A DNA stretch of 64,000 bases from Macrostomum lignano (GCA_002269645.1 NIVC01002596.1:62001-126000), one strand, 5' to 3'. Shown: positions 1 to 15,040, numbered from the stretch's first letter. Translations and numbers: made by a program. The notes: generated by a model not told the origin, from the letters alone.

Positions 1-1520
1 GTTGTGCCAACATTGGGCCAGAAGGGGCCAATCACGCACCGATCTGCCTGCAAGAGTGACCAATCTGCCTGCAAGAGTGACCAATCTGCCTGCAAGAGTG
101 ACCAATCTGCCTGCAAGAGTGACCAATCTACCTGAAAGAGTGACCAATCTGCCTGCAAGAGTGACCAATCTGCCTGCAAGAGTGACCAATCTACCTGAAA
201 GAGTGACCAATCTACCTGCAAGAGTGACCAATCTACCTGCAAGAGTGACCAATCTACCTGCAAGAGTGACCAATCTACCTGCTAGAGTGACCAATCTTCT
301 TGTACCATTAACCAATCTACCTGCACGAGTGACCAATCTGCCTGCAAGAGTGACCAATCTTCTTGTACCATTAACCAATCTACCTGCACGAGTGACCAAT
401 CTGCCTGCAAGAGTGACCAATCTACCTGCACGAGTGACCAATCTACCTGAAAGAGTGACCAATCTACCTGCTAGAGTGACCAATCTTCTTGCACGATTGA
501 CCAATCTACCTGCAAGAGTGACCAATCTACCCACAAGAGTGACCAATGTACCTGCAAGAGTGACCAATCTACCTGCACGATTGACCAATCTACCTGCACG
601 ATTGACTAATCTACATGTACTTGCAAGAGTGACCAATCTACCTGCACGATTGACCAATCTACCTGCAAGAGTGACCAATGTACCTGCAGGAGTGACCAAT
701 CTACCTGCACGATTGACCAATCTACCTGCACGATTGACTAATCTACATGTACTTGCAAGAGTGACCAATCTACCTGCACGATTGACCAATCTACCTGCAC
801 GATTGACTAATCTACATGTACTTGCAAGAGTGACCAATATGCCTGCAAGAGTGACCAATCATCTACTTGCACGAGTGACCAATCTACCTGCAAGAGTGAC
901 CAATCTACCTGCAAGAGTGACCAATCATCTACTTGCACGAGTGACCAATCTACCTGAAAGAGTGACCAATCTACCTGCTAGAGTGACCAATCTTCTTGCA
1001 CGATTGACCAATCTACCTGCAAGAGTGACCAATCTACCCACAAGAGTGACCAATGTACCTGCAAGAGTGACCAATCTACCTGCAAGAGTGACCAATCTAC
1101 CTGCAAGAGTGACCAATGTACCTGCAAGAGTGACCAATCTACCTGCACGATTGACCAATCTACCTGCACGATTGACTAATCTACATGTACTTGCAAGAGT
1201 GACCAATCTACCTGCACGATTGACCAATCTACCTGCACGATTGACTAATCTACATGTACTTGCAAGAGTGACCAATATGCCTGCAAGAGTGACCAATCAT
1301 CTACTTGCACGAGTGACCAATCTACCTGCAAGAGTGACCAATCATCTACTTGCACGAGTGACCAATCTACCTGCAAGAGTGACCAATCATCTACTTGCAC
1401 GAGTGACCAATCTACCTGCAAGAGTGACCAATCATCTACTTGCACGAGTGACCAATCTACCTGCAAGAGTGACCAATCATCTACCTGCAAGAGTGACCAA
1501 TCTACCTGCAAAAGTGACCA
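1..1520. repeat. Minisatellite array, ~21-bp unit (CTACCTGCAAGAGTGACCAAT) with variant units
   Basis: Directly visible tandem unit. It produces the spurious LPARVTN-repeat ORF 2..1549. Confidence 0.95.
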
Positions 1521-2001
1521 AATCTCTTCCGAGGACGCATGCTACTTGACTCAATAGACTCAAACGCGAGCATTGAAAAACAAACAGTTAAGCTTGAGTC
1601 GAATAATTTATTCGACCCCAATTGAATTAGCCAGTAGGCAAAAATCAGCCAGCTAAGTTCATGTTGGGGGGATGCTGAGGGGGGCGACTCTGTGCGTGCG
1701 AGTTTGGCGGCGCACGCGACACAATTTCAGAATTTTGATAGCTCCTCATAGTAGTCGCTTTATCCCGTATAGCCTGTGCCTTTCCGGTGGCGCGGAGCCG
1801 TCAGCATGAATCAAAGCGCCCTCTTGGCAAGCCATTCTGTGCAAATTAATTAAATTGTTGTTTCAACTCCCCCTCGTCACTTTTCTGCAGCTAATTACAT
1901 TTAGTCCATGCAGTGTCCGACTGAACTCAAGGCTCGCGTCCGCTCCTAGGAATTGCAGCTTGCTTGGTTTCGCTGTATGCTATCTTGTCTGCTGTGGGAC
2001 T

Positions 2002-2982
2002 GAGAGTTGGGCCTGCATGTCCATTCACCTGTCACTGAGAGTTGGGCCTGCATGTCCATTCACCTGTCACTGAGAGTTGGGCCTGCATGTCCATTCACCT
2101 GTCACTGAGAGTTGGGCCTGCATGTCCATTCACCTGTCACTGAGAGTTGGGCCTGCATGTCCATTCACCTGTCACTGAGAGTTGGGCCTGCATGTCCATT
2201 CACCTGTCACTGAGAGTTGGGCCTGCATGTCCATTCACCTGTCACTGAGAGTTGGGCCTGCATGTCCATTCACCTGTCACTGAGAGTTGGGCCTGCATGT
2301 CCATTCACCTGTCACTGAGAGTTGGGCCTGCATGTCCATTCACCTGTCACTGAGAGTTGGGCCTGCATGTCCATTCACCTGTCACTGAGAGTTGGGCCTG
2401 CATGTCCATTCACCTGTCACTGACAGTTGGGCCTGCATGTCCATTCATCTGTCACTGAGAATTGGACCTGCATGTCCTTCACCTGTCACTGAGAGTTGGG
2501 CCTGCATGTCCATTCACCTGTCACTGAGAGTTTGGCCTGCATGTCCATTCACCTGTCACTGAGTGTTGGGCCTGCATGTCCATTCACCTGTCACTGAGAG
2601 TTGAGCCTGCATGTCCATTCACCTGTCACTGAGAGTTGGGCCTGCATGTCCATTCACCTGTCACTGAGAGTTGGGCCTGCATGTCCATTCACCTGTCACT
2701 GAGAGTTGGGCCTGCATGTCCATTCACCTGTCACTGAGAGTTGGGCCTGCATGTCCATTCACCTGTCACTGAGAGTTGGGCCTGCATGTCCATTCACCTG
2801 TCACTGAGAGTTGGGCCTGCATGTCCATTCACCTGTCACTGAGAGTTAGGCCTGCATGTCCATTCACCTGTCACTGAGAGTTGGGCCTGCATGTCCATTC
2901 ACCTGTCACTGAGAGTTGGGCCTGCATGTCCATTCACCTGTCACTGAGAGTTAGGCCTGCATGTCAATTCACCTGTCACTGA
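2002..2982. repeat. Homogeneous minisatellite, 35-bp unit (GAGAGTTGGGCCTGCATGTCCATTCACCTGTCACT)
   Basis: Unit starts at 2002 and 2037, and so on. About 28 near-identical copies. Confidence 0.95.
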
Positions 2983-4549
2983 AGGTTTAACCTGGCCCTG
3001 TAACCCTGTCTGTCATGGAAATTTTGCGATTTACCCGTTCCCTATAATTTCATCAGTATACAGTTTTTCCTACCTTGAGACTGGCCGCAGGAAATCGATA
3101 ATTCAAGGCTAATAAAGGGTGAATTTATCGGCATCTCAAATAGCAGCGCTAGCTGGCCAAGAAGTGAGTAGCAGCAAACTAAAGCAGCAAATTTAGATCG
3201 CTGTAAGAGAATGTCAATCACATTGTGCACCAGCATAGCTCAATAATGTATTCACACGATGGCAGCTTTCAACGGGGGGGGCATGTCAAAATCTTTCTGA
3301 CCAATTATAATGCGATTGACAGTTGCATCGTCCAGCGCGGACTGCAGGTTTTATTTTAAGAAAATCGATAAGCCGTAAAGATTGTAAATGGACACTGAAA
3401 ACAACCGATAAATACGGCTAGTACGGTCTGAATGTGGTCTGCGTGAATTTTGCAAAAATGTGACTTTTATCAATGAAGATATACTTTCTCTGTATTTTAA
3501 ACTTAAAGACGGGCGCTTTTCAATCTCGAACTATTTTATTTCCTCTGTGAGTTCTGGGGAATTCGTTCAATTTTGAAATATCAGATTCCATCAATTCATA
3601 TCCACGCCGAGGTGTACTGCCCGCAGCCGGCGCAGGAGGTGCTGCTGACGCTGATGCGGACACCCTACCAGTCCTGCGACGCTGCTGTCACTTTTAATGA
3701 CCTCGTGATGTTTTTTGTTGTTTATTTTGAGTGCACAGAAAATCATCAATGCATGTAAGCTGAGACCAGGGATCAGTTGCCACTTGAGCTGTCTCAACTA
3801 AACAAGAGAGTCGCACAGACTTGGCAGTAGAAGTGGATGCGCTAAGCGCATAAAAGCCAGCGGATTAGCATTCGCCACAGTGACAAAAGTGGCCCATTAA
3901 ATGTAGCAGCTAGAAAAGCTTCATCATAATTCTTTCAATCCATGCAAAAGGGGACGAGCTGGGGCAGGCAAGTGGATCAGCAGAGCGGGCAGTGCCACTC
4001 TTCAACTCCATTCCAGCTTATCGGCAAGTCCCAGGAGCAGCAAATCAAGCAGCAGCTCGTGCGCGTCCCGTATCACTTTTCAGATTTCTTGCTCCAGCCC
4101 TCCAACTATAGCTATTTTCTTTTCTTTCTAGGAAAAGCCTTTTCTCCAACAGCCTTATTTCGGTCTCACAATGACTTAAAAATCTGAGTCCGAAGCGAGT
4201 ATAGTTCGATAATCTGACCCCCAACTTCTCAAGCCCCTCGTGAAACTGGTGGAGACTTTATCCCGTGGGAGATGGAGGGGGAGAACCAGAGAAGAAGAGG
4301 GTTTTGAGGGGGGGTCGAATTTTAGGCCGATGAAGCGAGAAAAGCGTCCTGGAGGAGGCGAAATATGGTGCTGTGGATTTTAAAATCGGCCCCAATGTCA
4401 ATTTTCAGACCGTGGTAAGTTGAACCGGAAGTACAGCTGGCTTCTTATGTCCTGTTCTTAAGACTACAGTGGAAAAAATAATTGGTTGGCTACTCAGGAA
4501 TCCAGTGATATCTGATAAGCGTACTAATTTCTTATTTAGACAAAAGTCT

Positions 4550-5015
4550 TGTATGGGTAGACCCAACTTTTGCATGAGCAGACCTAACTCTTGTATGAGC
4601 AAACTCAACTCTTGTATGAGCAAACTCAACTCTTGTATGAGCAGACCTAACTCTTGTATGAGCAGACCTAACTCTTGTATGAGCAAACTCAACTCTTGTA
4701 TGAGCAGACCTAACTCTTGTATGAGCAAACTCAACTCTTGTATGAGCAGACCTAACTCTTGTATGAGCAAACTCAACCCTTGTACCTAACTCTTGTATGA
4801 GCAAACTCAATCCTTGTATGAGCAGACCTAACTCATGTATATATGAGCATACTCAAACCTTGTATGAGCAGACCTAACTCTTGTATGAGCAAACTCAATC
4901 CTTGTATGAGCAGACCTAACTCTTGTATATATGAGCATACTCAAACCTTGTATGAGCAGACCTAACTCTTGTATGAGCAAACTCAACCATTGTATGAGCA
5001 GACCTTGTATGAGCA
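4550..5015. repeat. Minisatellite, 21-bp unit (TTGTATGAGCAGACCTAACTC / TTGTATGAGCAAACTCAACTC)
   Basis: Visible tandem array with two alternating variants. Confidence 0.9.
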
Positions 5016-7227
5016 CACCGAAGTTTTTTTTATAAATAAACTAATATTTATCAATGATCGTAGACTCAAATCTTGTAAGTAGGCTCAACACTTTAATGGG
5101 TAGACTTAATAATTTTTAAGAAAATCAGAAACATACATCTTAAGACCAATCAGAATCAATCAGCCCATCTATGAGCATATAATTCCTACTACTCATCCAT
5201 GAGATGATCCCCCAGCCCAGAGACTCAGAAGCGAATACGGACAAAAAGCGCGTGAAAAGTGGGGGGAGGTCCGGAGCTGTCAGGGTTTCAGGATAAAAGA
5301 GAAATGGGCACAAAATAGCCCGGGTGTGAAGCTGAGTGACAGGGAGGGAGGGAGGGAGAGTTGGAGGGGGCCTGATCCATTCTAATCTCCCTCTTCCAGT
5401 CTCCTGCTGTCGCGTGGGGGGTCAAAAACAGAGGCTTTGTTCTTTGTTTGAGGGGCTGAGGCAGGCAGGCAGGCAGCAGCACTGCATTGCTCCGCCGGCG
5501 CCATGATATTATTCAGACTGCGAGGTCCCCCACCTGCATCTTTCATTTTCTCCCAGGAGGTTTTGTCTCTCTCTCTCGCACTCACTCTTTCACGCACACA
5601 AAACTCAATTCTCTTCTAAACTTCCCCAAACTTCCATGGGCTGGCCAGCCTCCCTCCTCAGTTGCTTTTGGTCTACGGGACAATTGAGGCTTTTGGGAAT
5701 TAAATAATATTTGCAGTTTCTCTCTCGCCCACGTCACTGCTAGCCACAGCCTCCATCTGGAAGTGGTCCCGTATATATTATGCTCGCCCGCCTCTCTTCA
5801 TCCCAAGTGCTCTGAGGAAATAATTGGCATTTGAAATCGCCTAGCTACTCCAACCGAGTCCCGGGGGCATCGGCAAGGCCAAACACAATATTGCTTCCCC
5901 CCCTTTTGCTTTTCTGCCGCGCGGACCGGCTCACAGTAATATACGGAGCACACTACTTTTTGGAGGCATTGTTTAACCATCAAACTTATTAATGCTGCGG
6001 GGCCATCTTCTTGTGGCTTGCAGCTCCAAACCGATGGTCCTTGAATGGACCCGCCCCAGCCCTTCTGCACTGGGCTTTAGTAGGCAGGCAATCTGTCGAG
6101 TGAAGCTGATGCAGCACAGTGGAATCTTAGAGAGCTTCTGTACGAACAGCTTCCTCACGCGTTGGTTCAAGATATTCGAGTTTAACCGCGAGCTGCAGGG
6201 CAGGGTTCAATTAGGAAGGCCCGATCGTCACACTCGAAGAATAAGAAAACTGAAGAGACCCGGCGCCGCATAATCTTTGCAGACGGTTTTCGAACGCGCT
6301 TGTCAAGTATTGGCGACTTGCATAACGGACTCTTGGCCACGAACCGACAGTTGAGATCCCGCAAGCCCAGCAGTTAGTTCGTCACAAAAACAATGTCTCT
6401 TGACCGGGTGAATCCACTACACAGTGGGATATTAATTGCGGCACAGTTCCTGACAATTCCAGCTTCCTTTGGCCTCTCCATCCAAGTCTTTGATGTTAAT
6501 CCCGTTAATCATAGCAGATTTCTATCATAGCCCAGTAAGGATGGCGACCGAAGCCTGTTAAATCCGCAAGACCTTTCTCTCGCTGGAATCGAGATTTTTG
6601 TAATTAACAATCTCCAGCTCTTTGTCGCCGATGCAAGCCAAGCAGCGGCAAATAAGAATGGAAATCTTTCACTCGGAGGAAATAAAAAAGCCGAACGAAG
6701 CCTCGGAGATAAAATGCCCGGTGATCAAATCAGAGAACATTTTGGCTTCCACTTCAAAGGCCTCAAAAACAACTTCAAGATCCGACAGGCAGTTTGAGAT
6801 GCGCCTAATTAGTAATTCCTTTTCAGACCGACGCGAAGCCATGTTTTTAGAAAGCTGAAAGCGAAACTCTCCGATAACTTGTTTGCCTTTGTCTCGCATC
6901 CGCCCGCGGTGTTTTTCTTAATCAGTCCAGATTCAATAGCTTCATTACAAATCCTATATGCTAGCGCAACACGCTACTTATATGTCAGCTGCAAGTAGTG
7001 CATAGGGAGATTTAAGAAAATAATCAAGACAAAAAGAAAGTATCAGTATTTTTTCTTCCTTAGCAACAATTTTTTGCTTCCAATGCGACAGAGGTCGTCA
7101 ACAGTCAATTATTAGCAATTCGCGCCATCATTAATCAGCATTCTCAATATGGCTAATAAAGCCAAATAAACCTTGTCACAATGTCTCGGGAGTGTCACAA
7201 CCGGCAAATTGATTGCATTCAATATAT

Positions 7228-9366
7228 CTATTCCTTATCGCCCTTGTTCACGATCACCTTGGTGCCGCGGAGGCGACCGGTGCGTCTGGCGGCGATCAGG
7301 CCGACCTTGCGACCGGCGCTGGTGTCCCGGCGGATGGTGCTCGGTTTGCCGATGTGCTGGTGGTTGCCACCGCCGAACGGATGGTCCACCGGGTTCATAC
7401 AGACACCGCGTACTTTTGGCCAGCAGTTGCGCTTCACCTTGTACTTCCAGTAGGCCCGGCCGGCCTTCATAATCGGCTTGTCGATGCGACCACCGCCGGC
7501 TATGATGCCTACAGGGGATGGCATTTGGGTTGCCCTGACACTTGCGGTCTGACTCTGGTCCTGACCGACACTCGTTCTCTGACTAGTCCTGACCGACACT
7601 CGTTCTCTGACTAGTCCTGACTGACTCTGTGCCTGACTGACACTTGTTCTCTGACTCTGGGCCTGACTGACACTTTTTCCTTTAATTAGGAAATTACTGA
7701 CATTTATTCTCTGACACTGGACGGACTTGACTCCCGAATGACACTAATTGTTTTTTGGACCCCTGGGTACAGCAATAGCACACGCCTACACTTACCAACC
7801 ATGGCCCGACAGGCAGACGGCACAATCTTTTTGGCTCCGCTGGGCAGCTTCATGCGCGATCGTTTAGTCTCCGGGTTGTGCGCAACGAGAGTGGCGTAGT
7901 TGCCAGACGCCTTGGCCAGGCGGCCGCGATCGCCGGCCTTCTCCTCTATGCAGCAGATGATGGTGCCTTCGGGCATAGCGCCCAGCGGCAGGATGTTGCC
8001 GACCTGCAGCTTGGCTGCGAATGGGTGGAACAGCGAGGTAGGTTAGAATAAGCCTTTGCTGCTGGGAGTGTCTGGGGATCCCAGTCTGAGGCTCTGGGAT
8101 GGCTGTGGACACATCCCGAGGATCTGGGATGGCCGTGGACACATCCTGGTGATTTGGGATGGCTGCGGACACAACCTGGGGATCTGGGATGGCTGCGGAC
8201 ACAACCTGGGGATCTGGAATGGCTGCGGACTGAATCTACAATAAGTATCAGAAATGGCTGCAGACACAATCCAAGGATCTGGGATCGATGGCTGCGGACT
8301 AAATCTACAATAAGTATCAGAAATGGCTGCAGACACAATCCAAGGATCTGGGATCGATGGCTGCGGACTAAATCTACAATAAGTATCAGAAATGGCTGCA
8401 GACACAATCCAAGGATCTGGGATCTGGGATGGCTGCGGACTAAATCTACAATAAGTATCAGAAATGGCTGCAGACACAATCCAAGGATCTGGGATCGATG
8501 GCTGCGGACTAAATCTACAATAAGTATCAGAAATGGCTGCAGACACAATCCAAGGATCTGGGATCGATGGCTGCGGACTAAATCTACAATAAGTATCAGA
8601 AATGGCTGCAGACACAATCCAAGGATCTGGGATCGATGGCTGCGGACACAACCTGGGGATCTGGGATGGCTGCGGACACAACCTGGGGATCTGGGATGGC
8701 TGCGGACACAACCTGGGGATCTGGGATGGCTGCGGACACAACCTGGGGATCTGGGATGGCTGCGGACACAACCTGGGGATCTGGGATGGCTGCGGACACA
8801 ACCTGGGGATCTGGGATGGCTGCGGACACAACCTGGGGATCTGGGATGGCTGCGGACACAACCTGGGGATCTGGGATGGCTGCGGACACAACCTGGGGAT
8901 CTGGGATGGCTGCGGACACAACCTGGGGATCTGGGATGGCTGCGGACACAACCTGGGGATCTGGGATGGCTGCGGACACAACCTGGGGATCTGTATCTGG
9001 TAGGTTGGCCCAGCCTGGTCCTATTAACAAAAAGAAGCAATAAGTAGAAACACAGGATTTGAAACTGAATATCTAACAGTCCGCACCCTTCTTGCCACAG
9101 TAGATGAACTGGCCAGTGTGAACGCCCTCGGCGGCAACAAAGGTCTCAGTGACCTGCCTGTACCGGTAGGGATCGCGGAAGGCCACCTTAGCAAGCGGAG
9201 CACCGCGGCCGGGATCGTGGATAATGTCCCTAACAACGCCCTTGATGTAGCCGTTGCGCTCGGCAAAATCGATTGGCCTAAGCCTGGCGGCTCCCTTTCT
9301 ACGCTTGGTATGCGAGCGGAACACGCTGCCTGCGCCCTTACGCTGGGACCTGATCACCCGACCCAT
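7228..9366 (-). CDS. RPL8: 60S ribosomal protein L8 (uL2); coding exons 9366-9087, 8014-7796, 7508-7228
   Basis: The spliced translation [16 protein letters not shown]...YCGKK|[18 protein letters not shown]...RAMV|[12 protein letters not shown]...[24 protein letters not shown] is the classic uL2/RPL8 sequence. GT-AG junctions keep the frame. Confidence 0.97.
8095..8992. repeat. Composite minisatellite in an RPL8 intron: 30-bp unit (GATGGCTGCGGACACAACCTGGGGATCTGG) plus a related 69-bp unit
   Basis: Visible arrays. They explain the repetitive ORFs at 7946-9047. Confidence 0.92.
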
Positions 9367-11968
9367 TGCTGCAATGTGAAATTATTACAGTAACAGACTA
9401 CTAATTAGTAGACAGGTTAAATAATGTAAATACTCAGGTATTATCCTGATTTCTAATCCTAAGATTCGAATGAAAAATGATATTCCAATCCAGCCAGACT
9501 TCTAAACTTTTAGCCTATCTAACTTTCAAGCAGGCATCAAGCCATAAACTACATCTAATTTTTAGTATACACACACAGATATGATAGAGAAATTATTCAT
9601 AGATTTTTAAAATATCAAAGCCACAGTTATCAAAATAAAAGCTATGAATACATTCTAACTAAGATGAATATACAATACTTACTTAAGGAACTTACTCGTA
9701 TACTTACAATATTTAAAGAAAATGAATAATGAAAAATTAAGCATAATAGTCATTAAAAATGTGCAGCCTGGATTATTATTTTAGCAAATGTTTTTTCTAA
9801 CTGAAAAGAAAAAAGTTTTTATATGACACTTATGGCAGGATCCTATATGCAAAGAGTCTTGAAAAATACTATTTTAGGACTAAGAAATTGTGACAAATGT
9901 GAATTGACTAACTACATTAGACCAATTGTGTCAATGATATGAAAATTTATTTCAATAAAAAGATTGATTACAACTTACATTGAAAACTCAGAATTTGATA
10001 AAATAGGGGATAGGGGACAGGGGATATAGGAATAGGGGGCCAACTTAGAGATAGGATATTGTACCTAATACTAATAGCTAGCATAAATTTTAATACAATA
10101 TTATATATTCTAGTTTTATCCCTAGGACCTAGAATAGAAAGGTTGCTTGTTTTTTTAGAGGTTGGATGAGTAGAAAATTTTGGTTAAGCATAAAATTTTG
10201 TGAAATTTTCCAAGTTGGGCATGATTGTGATTGTGAATGTGATTTTATATGTGCAAACATGTATTACAAGCTTGTAAGTTACAGTGTAAAAAGAACAAAA
10301 CAAGAAAATAAACCATTGTATATTAGATAATAGATACTTGGTAAATGCTGTCAAGTCAACAAATATAAAATATCATGATCATGCCTGACCCTTTTTGTTT
10401 TTTTTAAAAGTTAAAAATATTAATATTAATGAAATAGCTATAGTACAATCCTACAATTTTTAATTTTATTCTAAATTTAAAATTAAATGTCAAGTGAAAG
10501 AGAAATAAACTGATTTAATTAGCAGGTCTGCAGGTGCAAGCCCAAATGAAAGAAAAATCAGACATGCTTAGAGCTTATCTTAATATTTTGTTTATAAATA
10601 TTATTCTGATTATTATCCAAAATAATTTTATTGTTTCCTATTGATACTTCAGCCTTTGCATTTAATGGCCTCTACCTCAAGTCTAAGTGATTTTAGAAAA
10701 GTCCAAGGAAGTGCCATGTGGGTATTTTTTCAAGAACTTAATGGTAGAATAACAATAATGTTGCTTATAAAACCTGTGCCAAGCATGTTCTATAGTACTT
10801 TGGCATAATGGAAAACATGAGGTGCCACTTGGAATCATAGCATCAAGATAAAGTTAAGGAACTAAAAATTATAGAATTTTTTTGTGAGCATGAAAAGAAA
10901 AGAAAAGGCAGTGATAATGGAGATCCACCATTAAAGTAGCCTAAAATCAGCACATGGTTTTTTCAGAATAAGCAATGAGCTCTAGGCAGATTCCAATCTG
11001 CAATCTGTTGCTATTGACAATAGCATTGTTAAGTTTATTGCATTAGATTGCTAGCCATTTATTGTTATAGAAGGTAGTGGCTTTTGACAACTTCTATAAG
11101 CAATGGCTTTTTAGTATTGAATTAAATATAGCTGCTTTTACCATAATAAACTTGATGCCCTTTTTTCTAATAAATTTAATTCAAAGGTTTAGTTAGAGAT
11201 TGCCAAATGTGACAAATTTGCTATAACTTCTGACTTATAGAGTGAGGGACCTTTAGCTTTCATGTCTTTCACATTTCATTTGATTACAGAGGAGTAGAGA
11301 ACTTTGAGCAAAAGCAATGATTACTCTTAGTAAAGCCATTTGATAATGCTCACATTGGGCTCAACATCTTAGCATTGTTTTCTATAACATTGAGAGACTA
11401 AGAGATTGACCAAAAAAGAATCCATATCTTCCTACATGATGAAGCTAATAATATGATGCTAGCTAATCAACTGCTCAATGTGCTATCAACTCATTGCACT
11501 ATATATAAACTGCACTTAGTTATTAGCAAGTGTAGTCTCTTGCTAACATAGGCTTAAGAGCATTTGTAACAAAGCAAATAGTATTGATAGACATTTCCAC
11601 TACTTGGTTATAGCACAATCCAATTTATCGAGGTTGCAAGAGCAGCTATAGCTATTTTTGCATAGCCTAATCATTGATATCAAGACTAATTTGAATTTAA
11701 GTGTGTGCTAGCTATCATAAATGTATGCTAGAATTTTTTGGTATATATAATGATAATGCTAAGTGGGGTTATACTAGTATAGCAATATTTTACCCACATT
11801 TATCTAACTGGCTTCCTGGCTAGGGGTCAGACAAGATCTCAATCTTGATCTTGATTATCAAGATCTTAGCATCTTAAGATCTACATCTTAGCACTGATTA
11901 TCAAAATCATCATCTTGGTTTTGAGATGTTAAAAAAAGTCAAGATTTGTAACAAAGTGACTATTAGTA

Positions 11969-12754
11969 GGCTCATTCCATATAAGATGGACATATTTGGA
12001 AAATAGAAAAAAGTCAATATTTTTGCTTGCCATTGCCTAATTAGCCTATTTTTTTACCAAATGTTTATATTGTGCAATATATACAATCTAAGAATAAAGG
12101 AATGGTAAAATGTTGGATTAGTATGTTATCAATTGGCAAAAAGTCATTTTTGTAAAAATTTGGACATTTTTCGAAGCAAAAGACATCATTAAGATTTTGT
12201 ACCTTTTAAAAACAAATAGAAAGCTTTTGAAGGTTGAAACAAACTATAGATAAAAGTATAGTACTTGCATCATTAGATAAAAGCATTGGTGACCAAATAA
12301 TCTATTATATTTTTAATGTATTAGTACCTCAAAGTTACTGAATTGACAGAAAAAAATATGTTACGACCATAATGTTACGACCATAAGGCTGCCTTTTCTT
12401 TTGTATCTTTGTTGCCTTTTGAGTTTATATATTCTAATAAAAGAGTATGATTTCTAAAGATGTTCTTAGTCAAATTTTAAAAATGTATTGCAAAATATCA
12501 AAAATGAAAAATGTTATAAGACTTTTACCTTTTAGTTTCTATATGTCAAAAATCCTGTCGTTATGACCATAAGTGTCATTTAAGGTTTAATAGCATCTAT
12601 ACTAATGATGATATCTATATGAAACTCTATAAATATATTCTAGACAAAATAATCTTTCATTTAAAATATTGGTTTGGTATATTCTATTATTAGATTTCAT
12701 TTTATAAGTAAAAATAACCTGTCATGTTACGACCATGCTTATATGGAATGAGCC
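11969..12754. mobile_element. Non-autonomous DNA transposon (MITE), 17-bp TIR GGCTCATTCCATATAAG, 4-bp TSD AGTA; superfamily unassigned
   Basis: Perfect inverted repeats at 11969-11985 and 12738-12754. AGTA flanks both sides, and there are internal GTTACGACCAT repeats. Confidence 0.75.
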
Positions 12755-13099
12755 AGTAACTACAATTTAGTTACTTTAGTTAGAATTATTATGTAATAAT
12801 TGTTTTTCTTTCTATTATTATCATTATACATATATTAGCATTTTTAAATGTTTAAATATGTAGATAACATATTTAAGCATAAAAAATAGCATATGAATAT
12901 GAAAGCATATATAGCATACTAAATATTGTAGATAACAATAACAATATTAGCATTGATAAATAGAATAGTATAAATAAAATAGGTTTATTAGTATTAGATG
13001 CTAATTAGGCTTGATCTTAAATCTTGATTAAATCTCAATTATCTTAAAAATATAGATCTTGACTCTTAAAGATCTCAAAAATATAATAATGTCTAACCC

Positions 13100-14061
13100 A
13101 TTGGGCACCATTAATAAAAATCTTAAATTCTGTTAATAGCAAAAATGTAAGCATTAAAAGAAAAAATCTTTATTTATAAATTCTTAATTTTGTTAAGGTA
13201 ACTTAAAGTCTATTAACAATTATCAATTGATAATTGATAATCAATTGATAATTGATATTGGCAATTGATCATTGACAATTAATAATTAATAATCAATTGA
13301 TAGTTGTCAATGATAATTGATAATTATTAACAATTGTTAATCTAAAAGTTATTATAAAAACTATAAACATCTTTGATATTGCACTATATTTTTTTATCTT
13401 TTTAGCAATAACACAAAGGTTATCTAAGCAGTTACAACAAGCTCAAAAGTAATAAATAATAATTAAAAAAGCTTGTATATATAATACTTACTAAAAGTAA
13501 GTAAATAGTAAAAGAAGTTATTTACTTATTTGAAACTTAAAAGCTAATTAATTAATATTAATAATATGAATTTAAGGATGTTTCAGTAGTGTCACTTAGT
13601 AGGCATAGCAAAAATCTATGAAAGATCAGGAAAGAAAGAAATAAATTAAAGCAATTGATATTCACACACAAGCAATAAAGCTTATTATTTTAATTCATTA
13701 TTAAAGTTCATTACTTAAGAAGTTGTTACAATTACAATTGCATGATCATTGTCATAAAGAAATTAATTAGGCATTTAGATAAATTCAAATATATTTGTAA
13801 TTTTATAACTTCTTTATTAGACTTGTATTTTTGTTTTTTTGCATCTTTGGTCATTGGCATTACCATTAATGCTAATAATAAATCTATTGTTAACTCAAGT
13901 ACTCAACTCACAGAAATGTTTGGGCCTAAGTCTAACACAAATTTGTTTATCTATTAGGGGGCCTAGTTAAAAATATCTTATTGGCAATCTATTAATCAAT
14001 TTTTATGAAAAAAAATCTTAACACTTATTAATGCTTATCAATGGACTGGTGCCCAACACTG
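13100..14061. mobile_element. Degenerate hAT-type MITE relic with 8-bp TSD TCTAACCC
   Basis: TCTAACCC occurs at 13092-13099 and 14062-14069. The right end is TGGTGCCCAACACTG and the left end is an eroded TTGGGCACCA. An 8-bp TSD is characteristic of hAT elements. Confidence 0.55.
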
Positions 14062-15040
14062 TCTAACCCCTATTCCTAGCTATATGCATGATATAGGCCT
14101 ATTACTTGATTATAAGTATATCAATACAACAATAGAAACAAACACTTGACTCAGTCAGCCAAGTCAGGGGTTTGTCCAGAAAATTTTCGAGGGGGAGGTT
14201 AAGCTATAATAGCACTACAAACCAATATTGAAAAATAGATCTTGTATAAGTTATACATAAAACAAGTATGGCCCAAGTTTTTCTGGCCATGGCTTAAAAA
14301 AGCCAATACTAGAAAAACACTAGGCGGCTAGGCCTAGCCTATAGGCCTACTATAGCAGTAGGGGCCTAGCATAATTGTTTGAAGTCATGTAGCACTAATG
14401 CTATCACTGCTTATTAATGGTACTATTATCAAACAATTTACTAGGGCCTATTCAAACCAAACACTGCCATATTTTAAAACCCAAAACAACTTTAGCAGTT
14501 CAGCTAGATTAGACTATTTTTTTAATGAATCATCATCAAGTTATCAGCAGGGTTTTTTTTGTGCGCAGAGTGTGCGTATGCACCCTAAATTTTAAAATCG
14601 CACCCTGAAATTAAAAAAGTAGGTGCGGTTTAGGTGCAGTCTTATAACCATTTTTCTTTAAAGGCTTAACCATGCTTAAGCTATTTTTCATGCACTGCCT
14701 TAAAATATAAAACAAAATAACTCTTTAAATCCTATTAAGTCATATAGGCGATTTGGCTATGGCTATAGCCTTATGTAAGATATTAAAATATACATTTCCA
14801 GTTGTCTGAAACAAAATTCCCAGTTGTCCCAGTTGTCAGAAATTGCACTCTGAGCCTTAAAATCGCACTTTGAAATTTGGCACAAGGTGCGATTTCGCAC
14901 CTTGTCTCTGGCGAAAAAAAAAACCCAGGACTTATCAGTATGCATATCAGATCAGCTAGATATTGATATTCAAGATCCTTAAACGCAGAATACTTTTTAA
15001 ATAATTGCGTAAATAGGTTTTTGTAGCTTAAAATTCTCAC

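Noticed and set aside
2-1549. 515-aa LPARVTN repeat ORF, and similar long ORFs at 7946-9047, 49723-50463, 51029-52026, 53291-54574, 58048-59260, 61468-62259, 62050-63022 and 62831-63991
   Set aside because: These are translations of stop-free tandem repeats, usually open in several frames or on both strands. Most lie inside introns of identified genes.
2002-2982. 35-bp repeat array as a possible CRISPR
   Set aside because: The units are head-to-tail with no unique spacers, there are no cas genes, and the context is eukaryotic.
3090-4080. Possible small plus-strand exons (e.g. 3584-3700 IPSIHIHAEVYCPQPAQEVLL...; ~4017-4070 LIGKSQEQQIKQQLVR)
   Set aside because: They are GC-rich and AG-bounded, but I could not build a phase-consistent model or recognise a protein family.
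5800-6900. Coding-like region with several short ORFs, possibly an eroded gene
   Set aside because: Every frame has multiple stops and no recognisable motif, so no product can be supported without a homology search.
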